Source: Eledone cirrhosa
Lineage: Eukaryota
Length of the DNA stretch: 64,000 nt
Reading direction: 5' to 3'
Assembly (NCBI GenBank): GCA_964016885.1
Contig: OZ024754.1
Coordinates: 21,576,001-21,640,000, forward strand
Position numbers and translations under genes: made by a program
Shown: positions 40,030-53,720 of the stretch, in pieces
Layout: each line of letters opens with the position of its first letter
How positions within the stretch are numbered: the first letter of the stretch is position 1
The notes under the pieces: model-generated
What the model was told of the DNA's origin: nothing
Seen by the model: the letters and a program-made list of their open reading frames with translations, nothing else
The model's database searches: none

Positions 40030-43000
40030 CATCATCATCATCATCATCATCATTTTACGTCAGGCTTTTCCCTGCTTGCAAGGGTGGGACGGGTCTTATT
40101 CAGCACAGCATCTCTCCACTCGTCACGGTCCCTCGTCCCCCGTGAGCTTCAATGATCTGAGGTCTGTTCTCACCACCTCCGCCCAAGTTTTTCGTGGTCT
40201 ACCTCTACCACGTCTTCCTTCAACTGGCATTTCCTGGCACTTCTTCACCCATCGGTCATCCTCCATGCGCATCACATGTCCATACCACCTCAGTCTCCTC
40301 TCCCGTACACTACATTCTATCCCTCTCAGACACAGTTTCTCTCTCAACACATTTATGCTGGGTCGTTCACGCACATTTACACTGCACATCCAACGGAGCA
40401 TGCTTGCCTCATTTCTCTCCAGCCGTCGCATATCCTCTGTGGTTGCTGCCCATGTCTCACTACCATGCAGCATCGCGCTCCTCACACAGGCATCATACAA
40501 CCGGCCTTTCGTACGCAGGGAGAAACCCTTCTTCGTCAACAGAGGAAGCAGCTCCCTAAACTTCTTCCAACCCGTCCTTATTCTAGATACTATGGTCTCG
40601 GAACACCCTACTCCCATGCTAATCTGATCTCCTAGGTACCGGAAGCTATCCACCACTTCTATAGCGCCCTCTCGCATTTGAAAAATGTGTCTATCAGTGC
40701 GACTTCTACTGTCTAATTTCCCTGTACATCTACTGCATACGTATTTCTCCCTACCTGTTAGTTTGCCTGCTATCCCGTTACATCTCTTGTGTACCCAGGA
40801 CCTGCATTGTGTGCATTTTATAGAATTTATGCCAGTTCCTTTTCTGCATATCGAACATGGCCATTTCCCTGACAGAATCAGGGTTTTGTCCTCTTTTCTA
40901 CTCATCAACACTTTTGTCTTAGCTAGATTTACTCTCAGTCCTCTTGCTTCCAACTGCTGTTTCCATAGCCGGAATTTATTCTCTAGCTCCTCTACTGATT
41001 CTGCTATAAGAGCCAGATCGTCAGCATAGAGAAGTTCCCATGGACAGCCAGTCTTAAACTCCTCTGTTATGGCTTGGAGGACTATAATGAACAAGAGCGG
41101 GCTGAGGACCTAACCCTGATGTACTCCTACTTGTATCTGGAATTCCTCACTAAACTCCATTCCTACCCTGACTTTACTGAGAGTACCTCTGTACAAAGTT
41201 TGCACTGTCCTCACAAGCCATTCCTCAACACCTAGCTTCCTTAGGGACCACCAGATGACAGATCGGGGTACCCTATCAAAGGCCTTCTCTAGGTCAACAA
41301 AGGCTAAGTATAGTGGCTTATTCTTCTCTAAGAACCTCTCTTGCATTTGTCTCACCAAGAAGAGGGCATCTGTTGTACTCTTCCCAGGCACAAAACCAAA
41401 CTGCATCTCATCTAGTTTGACCCTTTCTCTAATTAGTTGTGCTAAAATCCTTTCTGCCACTTTCATAACCTGATCTATCAGTTTTATACCCCTACAATTG
41501 CTCATCTCCAAAGCATCCCCTTTACCTTTGTAGCAATTTATGAGAATACTGCTGCACCAGTCTTTGGGTATGACACCACCATATATAGCCTGATTGATGA
41601 TGCGTGCAACCAGTTTAGTGCCTACGTCCCCTGATGCCTTCAGCATCTCAGCAACTATTCCCGATGGTCCGGCCGCCTTACCATTTTTCATTTCCCTAAT
41701 CGCCTCTTGGACCCTATATTCGTCAATCTCAATAGCTGGTCCCTCTGTCAGATCTACCAAGGGTAATTTCTCTCTCTCCCATTCGTTCTCCACATTCATC
41801 AGTCTCTCATAATGACATTTCCAGGCCTCCTTTTTCTGGTCATTCGTGACACTAAGTACACCGGCATCATCCCGGACACATTTATCTCCAACAACATCCT
41901 GATTTGCATTGACACGCTGCCTTGCAATGTGGAACACCGCACGCCTCTGATCTTCCCGTCGCAGAACATTGGCAAACCTCCTACTCTCTGCCTCCCTGCG
42001 TGCTAAGTACACCTGACGTCTAGCTTCTCTCTTAGTGGCTGTATATTCTTCCCTACTCCCACCCTTTTTCCAAGCCTTCCATGCTAGTCTTTTGTCTCTA
42101 ATAGCCTTATCTACTGTGCTGTTCCACCACCAGGTCACTCTCTGTCTGGTTGGAGCTCTGCTCCAGCCACAGGTTTCATCAGTAGCCTGCAGCAAGTTGT
42201 CACGTAAGAACTTCCAGTTATTATCTATGTCATACGTCTCTAAATCGTCTTCTTTTTCGTCATATACATCTTGAAGGGCTTTCCTAAATTTGAATTTTAG
42301 TGAAAGGTCTTTTAGCTTCCAGACCTTTCTTCTCCACACCTTCCTATATGTCTCATTCCATCTCTTGCTTACTGAGATATCACTAACAACTAACCTATGC
42401 TGTGGGGTACATTCTTCCCCAGGGTATGCCTTGGTATTAGACACTATCTGCCTGTCCCGCTGCCTAACTAGCAGGAAGTCAATCTGGCTTATGTGCTCAC
42501 CAGATTTGTAGGTTATTAGGTGATTGGCAGGTTTCTGGAAGTTTGTGTTGCAAATAGTCAATGTACTTGCATCACAAAATTCAAGAAGTCTCACTCCTTC
42601 TTCATTTCTTGAACCGTAACCGTGCCCACCATGTACCCCAGTATAACCATCCTGGAGCTGTCCAACATGACCATTGAAGTCTCCTGCTAGCATAACGATG
42701 TCTCCGTCCTCTGTCATTGTGGTTGTTTGCAAAAGTTGCTCATAAAAGCAGTCTTTCTCATCTTTGCCTAGGCCTGCTTGGGGAGCATAGACCGAGATGA
42801 TTGTCAGTAGTCTCCTACCTACAACTAATCTAAGCTTAATTATTCGATTACTAACTCGAACTACCTCTATTGTCTTATTGATCCATTTCTCAGCCAGGAA
42901 AATGCCTACTCCTCCTAACCCATCATCCTTACCTACCCAGAATAGCTTATAGCTAAGACGCTTGCCTACGACTAGTCTCGCAGAGGCACCTCTCCATCTC

Positions 43001-43310
43001 ACCTCTTGCACGCAGCACACATCCACCTGCCTTCTCTCCAGCATCTCCGCTATTTCAGCAGATCTACCTCTGAGAGTGCCAACATTAAGTGTTGCAACTC
43101 TGAGATGCGACGTCTTCATATTTTTCTATGCTGTTTTGTTGCTGTGCTGATAAGCTTTTTGGCATTGATACACTGGTTGGATGCCCTTCCTAACACCAGC
43201 ACCACTTTACAGCATGGACTGGGTGCTTTTATTTGTGCCACCAGCACTAGAGAGGATGTCTTACTAGACTGAAGGGCCCTCTCTACCCCTCCATTTTACA
43301 GCATGGTCAT
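40030..43310 (-). mobile_element. Near full-length RTE-clade LINE, family A (APE endonuclease, RT, PHD-like finger), with one nonsense codon
   Basis: ORF 43119-41110 (TLNVGTL, VQEVRW, AGDFNGHVG, IDFLL, QFGFVPGKST, FVDLEKAFD, GVHQG*) continues in frame as 41094-40123 ([35 protein letters not shown]). (GAT)n tail at 40030-40052. Confidence 0.97.
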
Positions 43311-43770
43311 TAAAAAAAAAAAATATATATATATATATATACATATGTATATATATATATACACACATATATATACATATGTATATATATATATACACAC
43401 ATATATATATATATATACACACATATATATACATATATATATATATATACATACACATATATATATATATACATATATACATACATATATATATATATAT
43501 ACATACATATATATATATATATATATACATACATATATATATACATACATATATATATACATATATATATATACATATATATACATATACATATATATAT
43601 ACATATATATATACATACATAAATATATATACATATATATATACATACATATATATATACGTATATATATATACATATATATATATATATAGATATATAT
43701 ATATAGATATATATATATATATATATAGATATATATATATATACATATATATACATATATATATATATAC

Positions 43771-43801
<31 letters not shown>

Positions 43802-43812
43802 CATATATATAC

Positions 43813-43875
<63 letters not shown>

Positions 43876-43880
43876 CGCAT

Positions 43881-46850
43881 AAATAAATTATACAATTTTT
43901 AAAGTTGTTCAAATCATTTAATAGCTGACAATCGTTTCTTCCAAACTCTCGTTTGGAATCATCAGAGCATTATCAATGTTTGCACATAATTACCCTCCTA
44001 TTCAACTGAACAATAATATAGACGCATATAAATTGATGTTGTGAGCAACAGTTTCGTATTTGCAGGGTGGAATGGATGTAACATATATTTTACGAGAATT
44101 GTACAATAATTGTACAAACATTCAAGTTCAAATTCAAATTCAAATCAAATTAAAATCAAATTAAAAGCAAAAGCATGGAGTTAAATACATGCAACAGATA
44201 AAACAAGAGAATAGTCCAATCATTAAAGAGGCATTTAGAAAGGAAGAGTACATTAACAATTCATTTGCAGGCGTGTGGTGAGTGCAACTGCATAAGTCAT
44301 GTATATGAGGAGACAAGCAAAGCTATTATGCATATATAGATGAGTAAATACTGCACTTTAAGCAAATATGTTAACGTATTAGAATCTATGGTGGATGCTG
44401 TATGCTGATAGCGTTCGAATTTGTGTGTGTTGAGAAACGTAGTGTTTGCAGACTTTTCCATCACATATGTTGAATTAAATTTTAGTTAATGTTTATATTG
44501 AATGTTTTAAGTTAGTTAGTGCAATGGATTGTAAATTAGTTTTAATGTATTCATATTCATAGACTATATTTCCGGTAAATTTTCCAATTGTTAATTTCCG
44601 GAAGTGAATAAGGGGAGCTAATGCCGAAGGGGAGGTAACTAGCTAATTAAGTTCAATTCAGTTATTAAAATTCTTTGCTCTAATACACAATATAATGTGA
44701 TACCATTGAATATCTATTACATAATGCTGTATATTTATACCTGATTTTAAATACAGTCTATTTTACTATCATACATTTAAGGTCCCCTTAGATTGTTATG
44801 TATTCATTACTGGACAAGATATATGTTATGAAGAATTGTATAGCTGTTAATATGTCTAAATAGATATATCATATGTGTAATAATATACATTATTGTTTTA
44901 AAAGTTAATCCCTAATATACAATGCTATTACATTTTATATTTAATAATAAATGTATATATACTTTATTATTATTATATACATGTTAAATATTTAAGTATT
45001 TAATTATACAATTATAAATGCATATATAGTTTATTATCACATATTACATTAAATGTCTCTACATACATTATACATATCCATTACTGTATATAATATAATT
45101 AATCTATTGTGGTTATATCACAAGGTGGTAACTCTATGTCTAATTCTAACTGTTATTGCAGAGCATAAGGTTAGAGATGAATAGGAGTTGTGTAGCGGAA
45201 AGAGTTGGTCGAAGGGTTTGTGGTTGTGGGTGCTGCTAAGTCCTAGATGTGTAGTGTTAATGGTGGTGGGGAATTCAAATCTGACATTGTTGTATACTAA
45301 CAGCTAGGTTTAAAGTTATGGAACGAGTGCTGGTACTGGTGTTGGCACGAGGAAAATGTCTCTGACTTTCTATTAAGGAGGTCTGGTTTCGAAAAGATTA
45401 TAGTATGGGTCTCCAGAAGGCAGAGATTACACATTTTATTCGGTGGTTTATACGATGAGGCCCTACCTACTACTTCCATTGCAGTGTAAATGGTCTATTC
45501 CTAGTTTTCAGAGAGTGTATGTAGCTAGATAAAGAAGTGGAGCTGGCTAGATTGTGTTTCTTGAAAGAGTGGAGGTGCGAGTTGTATCTCGTCTTGAAGT
45601 TGTTCGAAGTAGAACCTATATATGTTTTAGATTTGTTTGCGTTGACAGTGCATAAGTAGATGATGTCTTTGGTTAAGCAATTATTACCTAAGGGGCAAGT
45701 TCTATTAGTTCTACAGTTACATTTATTCTGGGTGTTAGCTTGCCGGTTCCTATGTTGTGAAGAATTCTGGTTGCTAGGGTAGCACTAGGGTAATGATGTC
45801 TATCATTCGTATTGATTTCATTAGTGCTATTATCATTATTACTATTATTACTACTATAGTTTACAGGTACTAAGTTTACCTCCTGTTGTGTTTTAATTAT
45901 TTGGAAATAGTTATTAATCTTCCTTTTATTACTACTAGCTATATGGTATGCTATGTTAGGTGTGGTGGAGTACGATATTTTAATTGTATTTTTATTGATA
46001 AGGCTATGGTACTTGTGGCCGGTCGGGAAGTTTTTTTCTAAGATTGAGAAGAAAGCCTTAGGCAAGTTGGTAGAGACGTTTATATTGAAAAGGGGGTTGA
46101 AGAATGTATTAGTTCTCCTATTTTTGTTTATATTATTGTTTTTTGAGGTATTCATATCCCTGTTTAAATTATTATTGTGGTGTTTACTTTGGTGCGAGTT
46201 AAGTTTGGTATTAATCTTCGTCCTAGAGTTATAGTGGCTAGTGCTTTTACTATTTTTCCTCATGGCCATATTATGAGAAATAATGTTGTAACTATGTGAT
46301 TTTATAGGTAGGAATTCAATCTCATATGTCCTGATTTAGCTAAGGCCTCATTATAGTATTGTGAATTGTTGTTAAATATGGTTTCATTATATGATAGATT
46401 AGAGATTCTATTAGATATTCCTTTGGTAATGGAGTTTAATATGGATTTAGGGTGGTTAGAGTTGGTATTCACATAAATTAGTTTTTCGTTAGGTTTATGA
46501 TAGGGTGTGTATATTTTAGAGTCTAGGCTAAGGGTAGCGTCAAGGCAGTTGACGTTTTTAGTGTTTTTATCTAAGGTGATACTTAAGTTGAAGTTTTTGA
46601 AATTTTGTGTAACTGTTTCCTAGTTCTTTCTATATTAAATGTTTTATAGTCTATGAGAAGAAGCGCATCAATGCGGTATAAACCACCTGTAAATATGAAA
46701 CTGTTGCTCACAACATCAATTTATATGTATCTATATGTTCAGTTGAATAGGAGGTTAATTATATGTGCAAACATTGATAATGCTCCAATGACTCCAAACG
46801 AGAGCTATTAAATGATTTGAACAACTTTGATAATTGTATAATTTATTTAT
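43881..46850 (-). mobile_element. 5'-truncated Penelope-like retroelement (Neptune type) with inverted pseudo-LTR
   Basis: Minus-strand remnants include the RT C-terminus (NCLDATL..YTPYHKPN..IYVNTNSNHP), FFNPLFNINVSTN..KNFP..KISYS, a Cys linker CNC..CPLGNNCL, GIY-YIG (IIY..TYIGST..FKTRYNSH) and CNLCLLE..LLNRKSE. Inverted repeat arms at 43881-44070 and 46683-46850. Confidence 0.9.
43919..43972 (-). ncRNA. Type I hammerhead ribozyme in the Penelope pLTR
   Basis: Minus strand TAATGCT-CTGATGA-TTCCAAAC-GAGA-GTTTGGAA-GAAAC-GATT-GTC-AGC(T)ATTA. Perfect 8-bp stem II with a GNRA loop and a GUC cleavage triplet. Confidence 0.88.
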
Positions 46851-47068
46851 TTTCCTGCTCTGTAAAACAACTGATGTTCATACATTGAGCTATTTCTCTT
46901 ACGGGTAATAAGGTAATAAGAAATTACTGACCTTCCTGTTTATAGTTGTTTCTACTATATACATAACTATAAATAGTATTATTATTATATATATACATAT
47001 ATATATACACATATATATATACATACATATATATATACATACATATATATATATACATATATATACAC

Positions 47069-47139
<71 letters not shown>

Positions 47140-47156
47140 TATACATATATATATAA

Positions 47157-47980
47157 AAATGAAAGGCAGGTTGTATGATGCCTGCATACGAACAGCAATG
47201 TTGCATGGCAGTGAGACCTGGGCATTGTGTGCAGAGGATATACGCAGACTGGAGAGGAACGAAGCTTGCATGCTCCGCTGGATGTGCAATAGTAATATAC
47301 GTGAACGGCAAAGCATAAACGAACTAAGGAAAAAATTAGAAATAAGAGGGATCAGATGTTGTTTACTCGAGAGAAGGCTACGTTGGTATGGTCACGTGAT
47401 ACGCATGAAAGACGACAGCTGTATAACAAAGTGCAGGGCAATAAAGATAGACGGTAGCCACGGAGTAGGCAGACCCAGAAAAACCTGGGACGACCTGATA
47501 AATTCCGACCTCACACACTTACACCTCTCCAAGACAATGTCACTGGACCGAGATCTTTGGCGGTACTCAGTAATAGAGAAGACCCGCCTTACCTAAATAC
47601 AAAGTAAAACCTACTACAGTCAGTAGGCATCTCTAACAAAATACACCCCCGTCCCACCACTCCCACCCCATCCACACCGCCCCTTTCAATGTAAAGTTAT
47701 GTTGGTGCCACAACATCCAGGCCGAAACAAATGAGATCGTGTAGGTGTCACGACAAAAAAACACACAGTCCACGCTGTAATGTGGCCGTGTAGGCAACAC
47801 GGTAAAAACCTCCCAGCCCCACACTGTAAATGTGGTTGGTGTTAGGAAGGGCATCCAGCTGTAGAAAACCCGCTGGACAGTCCTATGCGAGCAAGACAAC
47901 CACTCTTGCCTCAAGTGGGAAAACTCCCGTCCAAACCCATGCAAGCGTGGAACATGGACATTAAACGATGATGATGATGA
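47157..47980 (+). mobile_element. 5'-truncated RTE LINE, family B
   Basis: ORF 47159-47596 is nearly identical to the C-terminus of 52457-53380, followed by 3' UTR and a (GAT)n tail. Confidence 0.93.
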
Positions 47981-48029
47981 TACATATATATATATATACA
48001 TATACATATATACATATATATATATATGC

Positions 48030-48060
<31 letters not shown>

Positions 48061-48320
48061 AATATACATACATACATATACATATATATACATATATATA
48101 TATACATATATATATACATTCATATATATATACATACATATATATATACATACATATGTATATATATATATATATATGCAGACATATATATATATATATG
48201 CATACATATATATATACATATATATATATATATTTATACGATATTAACAAATGGAAACTATATTTATAAAAGCATATTTATTTCATTTTTGTATCCCAAC
48301 AATTTAAATAGAACTTCTAC

Positions 48321-48351
<31 letters not shown>

Positions 48352-48395
48352 AATATATATATATATATATATGCATACATATATATATATATATA

Positions 48396-48477
<82 letters not shown>

Positions 48478-48505
48478 TATATACACATACATATATATAT
48501 ATATA

Positions 48506-49113
48506 TGGTGGCTGCCAACTCGTTTTCGAGTACGGCCACTACTTTATATCCATGTAGGAGAACCCCTACCGATGCGCTGAACGAGTGTGACTTTTTAGTC
48601 CAGCCAGCGACTTGAAAACTCTGGTACAAACACTACACTTGTGACAATTATTGACACATAGTGCTGGGCCCATAGTACGATGTGACGACAAGTGCAGAGA
48701 GATCTCCAGATATAAAGCAATGCCTGTGCCGTGAAGCTTTTATAGTGAGCAAAGGCACTGCACAAAGCCAGTCCCACTCTCATAACCAAGATGATATTTA
48801 CCAAAAAGAAGAACAAGTCAACATCATTGAATACCATCAGAGTTGCAGGTGTTATATCAGGGTTTTCCTTCTCCTAGAATTCTGCCTTGACAAAGGCTAA
48901 GGGGTCATCTCTCCCGGTGATTTTGGATGGCCATTCACTCTTAAAAGCTCCTTTGCCCTTTGACAGGTTTTGTTTTTAGTCCTGCAGGATGTCCAAAGTC
49001 ACCCTCCTCACCAAGAAACCTTGGTGGGGTTGCCAGTTTAGTCGCCAACGACCCGACCATGAGACAGGTTGTACTGGGATACATGTTACTAGTAGCACCA
49101 ACTGGTGACCTGA
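48506..49113 (-). mobile_element. Bipartite non-autonomous RTE derivative (apparently complete, about 610 bp)
   Basis: The 5' part is homologous to 36992-37490 and the 3' part is near-identical to 38760-39130. Flanked by (TA)n on both sides. Confidence 0.75.
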
Positions 49114-49260
49114 CATAAACATATGTATGTATATATATATACATATGTATATATATATCTATACATATACATACATATATACATATGTATATATATATAT
49201 ATATACATACATATGTATATATATATATATACATACATATGTATATATATATACATACAC

Positions 49261-52200
49261 ATTTAAAACCTCTCGCTAACTACCCCATTTGTTTTTCTAA
49301 AATAACAATCTTGTTTGTTTAAATTTGGCCGAAAACAATTCTAGGATTTATAAAATGGCCTCATTGTCTCTCTTATCCTTTACCCCGCCCCCCACTATAT
49401 CGTATTACGCGCTGGCTAGTTCACCCTCAGTTCACCCTTTCAATCACTCCCTTCTCTCACCAAATATAAACAAACCTGTTGCGAGGTACGAATCTCAGAA
49501 TTTGTCAACGCTTTAAATGGTCAGACCCTCGTCGTTCTCTGCGAAGTATAATGTAAATGCCATTTTTCTTATCTCTCTCCAGCCTATCGGTCCATTCATT
49601 CATATTGTTCTAAATAATCTTCTCTCTGCTATTGGTCCATTCATTCATATATCCGTACCTTCGCCCAGAATCCAATCTTTTGCTCTCTCTCAATGCTATT
49701 CTATAATTCTGTCTGGTTGTTTCTAAATAATCTTCTTGTATTTTAAAACCCCATTATTCGCTTATTATTACTGTTATATGCTTCCCCAATTATGCCCAAA
49801 ATTCAAATATTTCATTTAAAACCTCTCGCTAACTACCCCATTTGTTTTTCTAAAATAACAATCTTGTTTGTTTAAATTTGGCCGAAAACAATTCTAGGAT
49901 TTATAAAATGGCCTCATTGTCCCTCTTATCCTTTACCCCCCCCCCCCACTATATCGTATTACACGCTGGCTAGTTCACCCTCAGTTCACCCTTTCAATCA
50001 CTTCCTTCTCTCACCAAATATAAATAATCTTCTCTCTGCTAACTACCCCATACCGCTCCCTCCCGCCCCCACTCTCCACCTTATTATTTGGACCAATCAC
50101 AAGTCAACGGCCTATGCTATCACTTCTGGCTGCTTTTCGATATGATGGATGGACTAAGGAATTTCTGGAGAGTCTGAAGAATCTGGACACTCGATGACAA
50201 TGCCAAAGATAACGACAAATTCACCTCATGCTGCCGGACGAAAGGGCAAGGCCCCTTCCTCTTTGTTTCGGCTGCGGATGGCCAACATAACCCCAACCCC
50301 ATCCCCCTCACCCCTCCCTGCGCCCCATCCTCCAAACACAATCCAAAACTTCAGAGTTGGTACCATGAATGTAGGCACCTTAAAAGGCCGCTCTAACGAG
50401 GTTGTAGAAATGCTTGAACGTAAGGAGGTTGATGTTTGCTGTATCCAAGAGACCAGGTGGAGGGGCAGGTCTGCTAGATGTGGGTAAAAAACGTTGCTAT
50501 AAGCTTTTCTGGGTGGGAAATGACAATGGGATAGGTGGGGTAGGAATCATGTTAGCAGAAAAATGGGTGGATAAGATAATAGATGTAAATAGAGTAAATG
50601 ACAGAATAATTAAAATAAGACTTGTTCTAAATAGAACTACTGTGACAGTATATCTGCATACGCGCCCCAATCCGGACTGCTTGGCGCTATAAAAGACAGA
50701 TTCTATGAGACACTGATGCTCACTACCTCCCAAATAACCGACAGTGACTATATAATTATTGCTGGCGACCTAAATGGCCACGTTGGACAACATTGTGACG
50801 GCTATGACGGAATCCACAGAGGCTATGGGTTTGGTACTAGAAACGAGGAAGGCTCCAGAATCCTGGAATTCTGTGATGCAAATAACCTAACTATTTGTAA
50901 CACTAACTTCAAAAAACGAGACAATCACTTGATCACCTACAGATCAGGGGAACATACCAGCCAGGTAGATTATATCCTTACCAGAAGACGTGACAGAGTG
51001 TCTGTTGTAAACACTAAATCCCTCCCCCATGAAGAATGCACCTCCCAACATTGACTGATAATTAGCGACCTCATAGTCAGGACGAGACGTACTAGACAGC
51101 AGAAGAGGGCTATCCTCAGGAGAAAAATATGGAAGCTAAAGGACCCTACAGCCAGAAATAAATTTAAAAGCATATTACTTGATGCTTTCGACAGTAAGGA
51201 AGAGCAATTAGAGTCGTACAATATAGAGGAACAGTGGGAATTTCTGAAAGCAAACCTGCTGATGGCGGCAGACGAGGTCTGTGGCTGGAGCAGGCCTGTA
51301 GGCAAGAGGAGAGTAACATGGTGGTGGAACAGTAAGGTGGAGGAGTCAATTAAGGCCAAAAAGCAGGCTTGGAAAGTATGGCGGGATGGGGGAAGTAGAG
51401 AGGACTATCAAGTGGCCAGGAGGGAAGCTAGGAGACAAGTGTACTTCGCAAGAAGGGAAGCAGAGGAGAGAAAGTTCAAGCATGTTCTACAACGCGAGGA
51501 CCAAAAACGTGAGGTGTTCAGGATTGCTAAGCAATGTGTCAAGGAAAACCGTGATATTGTCGAGGAGAAGTGTATACTAAATGATGATGGCATACTTGCC
51601 ATCACTGACGCTGATAAGAAGGTAGCTTGGAAGTGTCACTACGAAAGGCTACTAAATGAGGAGAATAAATGGGAGAAAGACAGTCTTCCCCCACATCGAC
51701 CCAATAGAGGGACCAGCAGTGTTAGTTGAAGGTAGTATAATAAGTAAGGCAATCAAAGATATGAAGACGGGTAAGGCGGCTGGGCCTTCGGAAATAGTTG
51801 CTGAGATGCTGAAAGCCTCTGGAACGGTAGGACACACCATGGTCACCCGGATAGTAAACCAAGTCATACAGAATGGGGTTGTTCCGAAGGACTGGCGTAG
51901 CAGCATCATCATTAACTGCTACAAGGGTAAAGGAGACGCCCTAGATAGGAGTAACTATAGAGGCATTAAATTAATCGCCCAGGTCATGAAGGTCACGGAA
52001 AAAGTAATAGCGCAACTAATCAGAGAGAGAATTGATCTAGATGAAATGCAGTTCGGGTTTGTATCAGGCAAAAGTACCACAGACGCTCTTTTCATTGTAC
52101 GACAACTACAGGAGAAGTACCTAGCTAAAAGTAAACCCCTATACTTAGCTTTTGTTGACTTGGAGAAAGCCTTCGACAGAGTTCCCCGTTCCATTATCTG

Positions 52201-53720
52201 GTGGGCCCTTAGAAAACTAGGTGTTGATGAATGGCTTGTGAGAGCTATACAAGCCATGTATAAAGAAACAGTCAGCAAGGTTAGAATTAACAACGAATAT
52301 AGTGAAGAGTTTAGCGTAAAAGTAGGTGTTCATCAGGGCTCTGTTCTTAGCCCCCTACTATTTATTATTGCCCTTCAGGCTATAACAGTGGAGTTCAAGA
52401 CCGGTTGACCATGGGAACTCCTATACGCAGATGATCTAACGCTCATAGCTGAATCAATGGCCGAGCTAGAGAAGAAATTCCAAACATGGAAGCACAGCCT
52501 AGAATCAAAAGGCCTTAAAATTAACCTGGCTAAGACTAAAGTTCTAGTTTGTAGGAAAGAAAATAAGGCGCCGGTCCCTTCCGGGAAATGGCCATGCTCA
52601 GTGTGTAGGAAAGGCGTAGGTAGAAACTCCATTTTATGTCCCAAATGCAAAATATGGGTGCATAAAAGATGTAGTGGGATCACAGGTAAGCTAACTAAGA
52701 ACACAGATTTTACATGTGGCCGGTGCTCTGGTGCAATAAGTAGCAGCAAGTGCCCACAAAATGCTAGCTCTTTCAATTGCGCAGAGGGTTCTATAGAAAT
52801 AGTGGACAGCTTCCGTTACCTGGGTGACAAAATCAGCAGTGGGGGAGGGTGCTCCGAAAGTACAGTAGCTAGAATCAGAACTGGATGGAAAAAGTTCAGA
52901 GAGCTTATACCACTATTAGCCGCTAAACGGTTCTCCCTAAAAATGAAAGGCAGGCTGTCTGATGCCTGCATACGAACAGCAATGTTGCATGGCAGTGAGA
53001 CCTGGGCATTGTGTGCAGAGGATATACGCAGACTAGAGAGGAACGAAGCTTGCATGCTCCGCTGGATGTGTAATAGTAATATACGTGAACGGCAAAGCAT
53101 AAACGAACTAAGGGAAAAATTAGAAATAAGAGGGATCAGATGTTGTTTACTTGAGAGAAGACTACGTTGGTATGGTCACGTGATGCGCATGAAAGACGAC
53201 AGCTGTATAAAAAAGTGCAGGGCAATAAAGATAGACGGTAGCCACGGAGTATGCAGACCCAGAAAAACCTGGGACGACCTGATAAATTCCGACCTCACAC
53301 ACTTACACCTCTCCAAGACAATATCACTGGACCAAGATCTTTGGCGGTACTCAGTAATAGAGAAGACCCGCCTTACCTAAATACAAAGTAAAACCTACTA
53401 CAGTCAGTAGGCATCTCTAACAAAATACACCCCCGTCCCATCCACACCGCCCCTTTCAATGTAAAGTTATGTTGGTGCCACAACATCCAGGCTGAAACAA
53501 ATGAGATCGTTTAAGTGTCACAACAAAAAAAAACACACAGTCCACGCTGTAATGTGGCCGTGTAGGCAACTCGGTAAAAACCTCCCAGTCCCACACTGTA
53601 AATGTGGTTGGTGTTAGGAAGGGCATCCAGCTGTAGAAATCAAGCCAGAATCAGTTCCCGTCCCACCCTTGCAAGCAGGGAAAAGCGGATGTAAAATGAA
53701 ATGATGATGAATGATGATAA
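49261..53720 (+). mobile_element. Full-length but disabled RTE-clade LINE, family B, with tandemly repeated 5' region
   Basis: APE and RT pieces at 50194-53380 (TMNVGTL, IQETRW, AGDLNGHVG, QFGFVSGKST, YADD, PHD-like CSVC..CPKC..HKRC..CGRC). Broken by frameshifts near 50478, 50650 and 51690 and by stops at 51052 and 52406. 49261-49470 recurs at 49814-50024. The exact 5' boundary is uncertain. Confidence 0.92.

Noticed and set aside
39022-40053. Long Tyr/Ile-rich ORFs here and at 43264-43912, 47633-48629 and 56398-57221
   Set aside because: They are translations of (TA)n microsatellites.
40194-43272. Plus-strand ORFs overlapping RTE-A, and minus-strand ORFs overlapping RTE-B
   Set aside because: Antisense shadows of the LINE reading frames.
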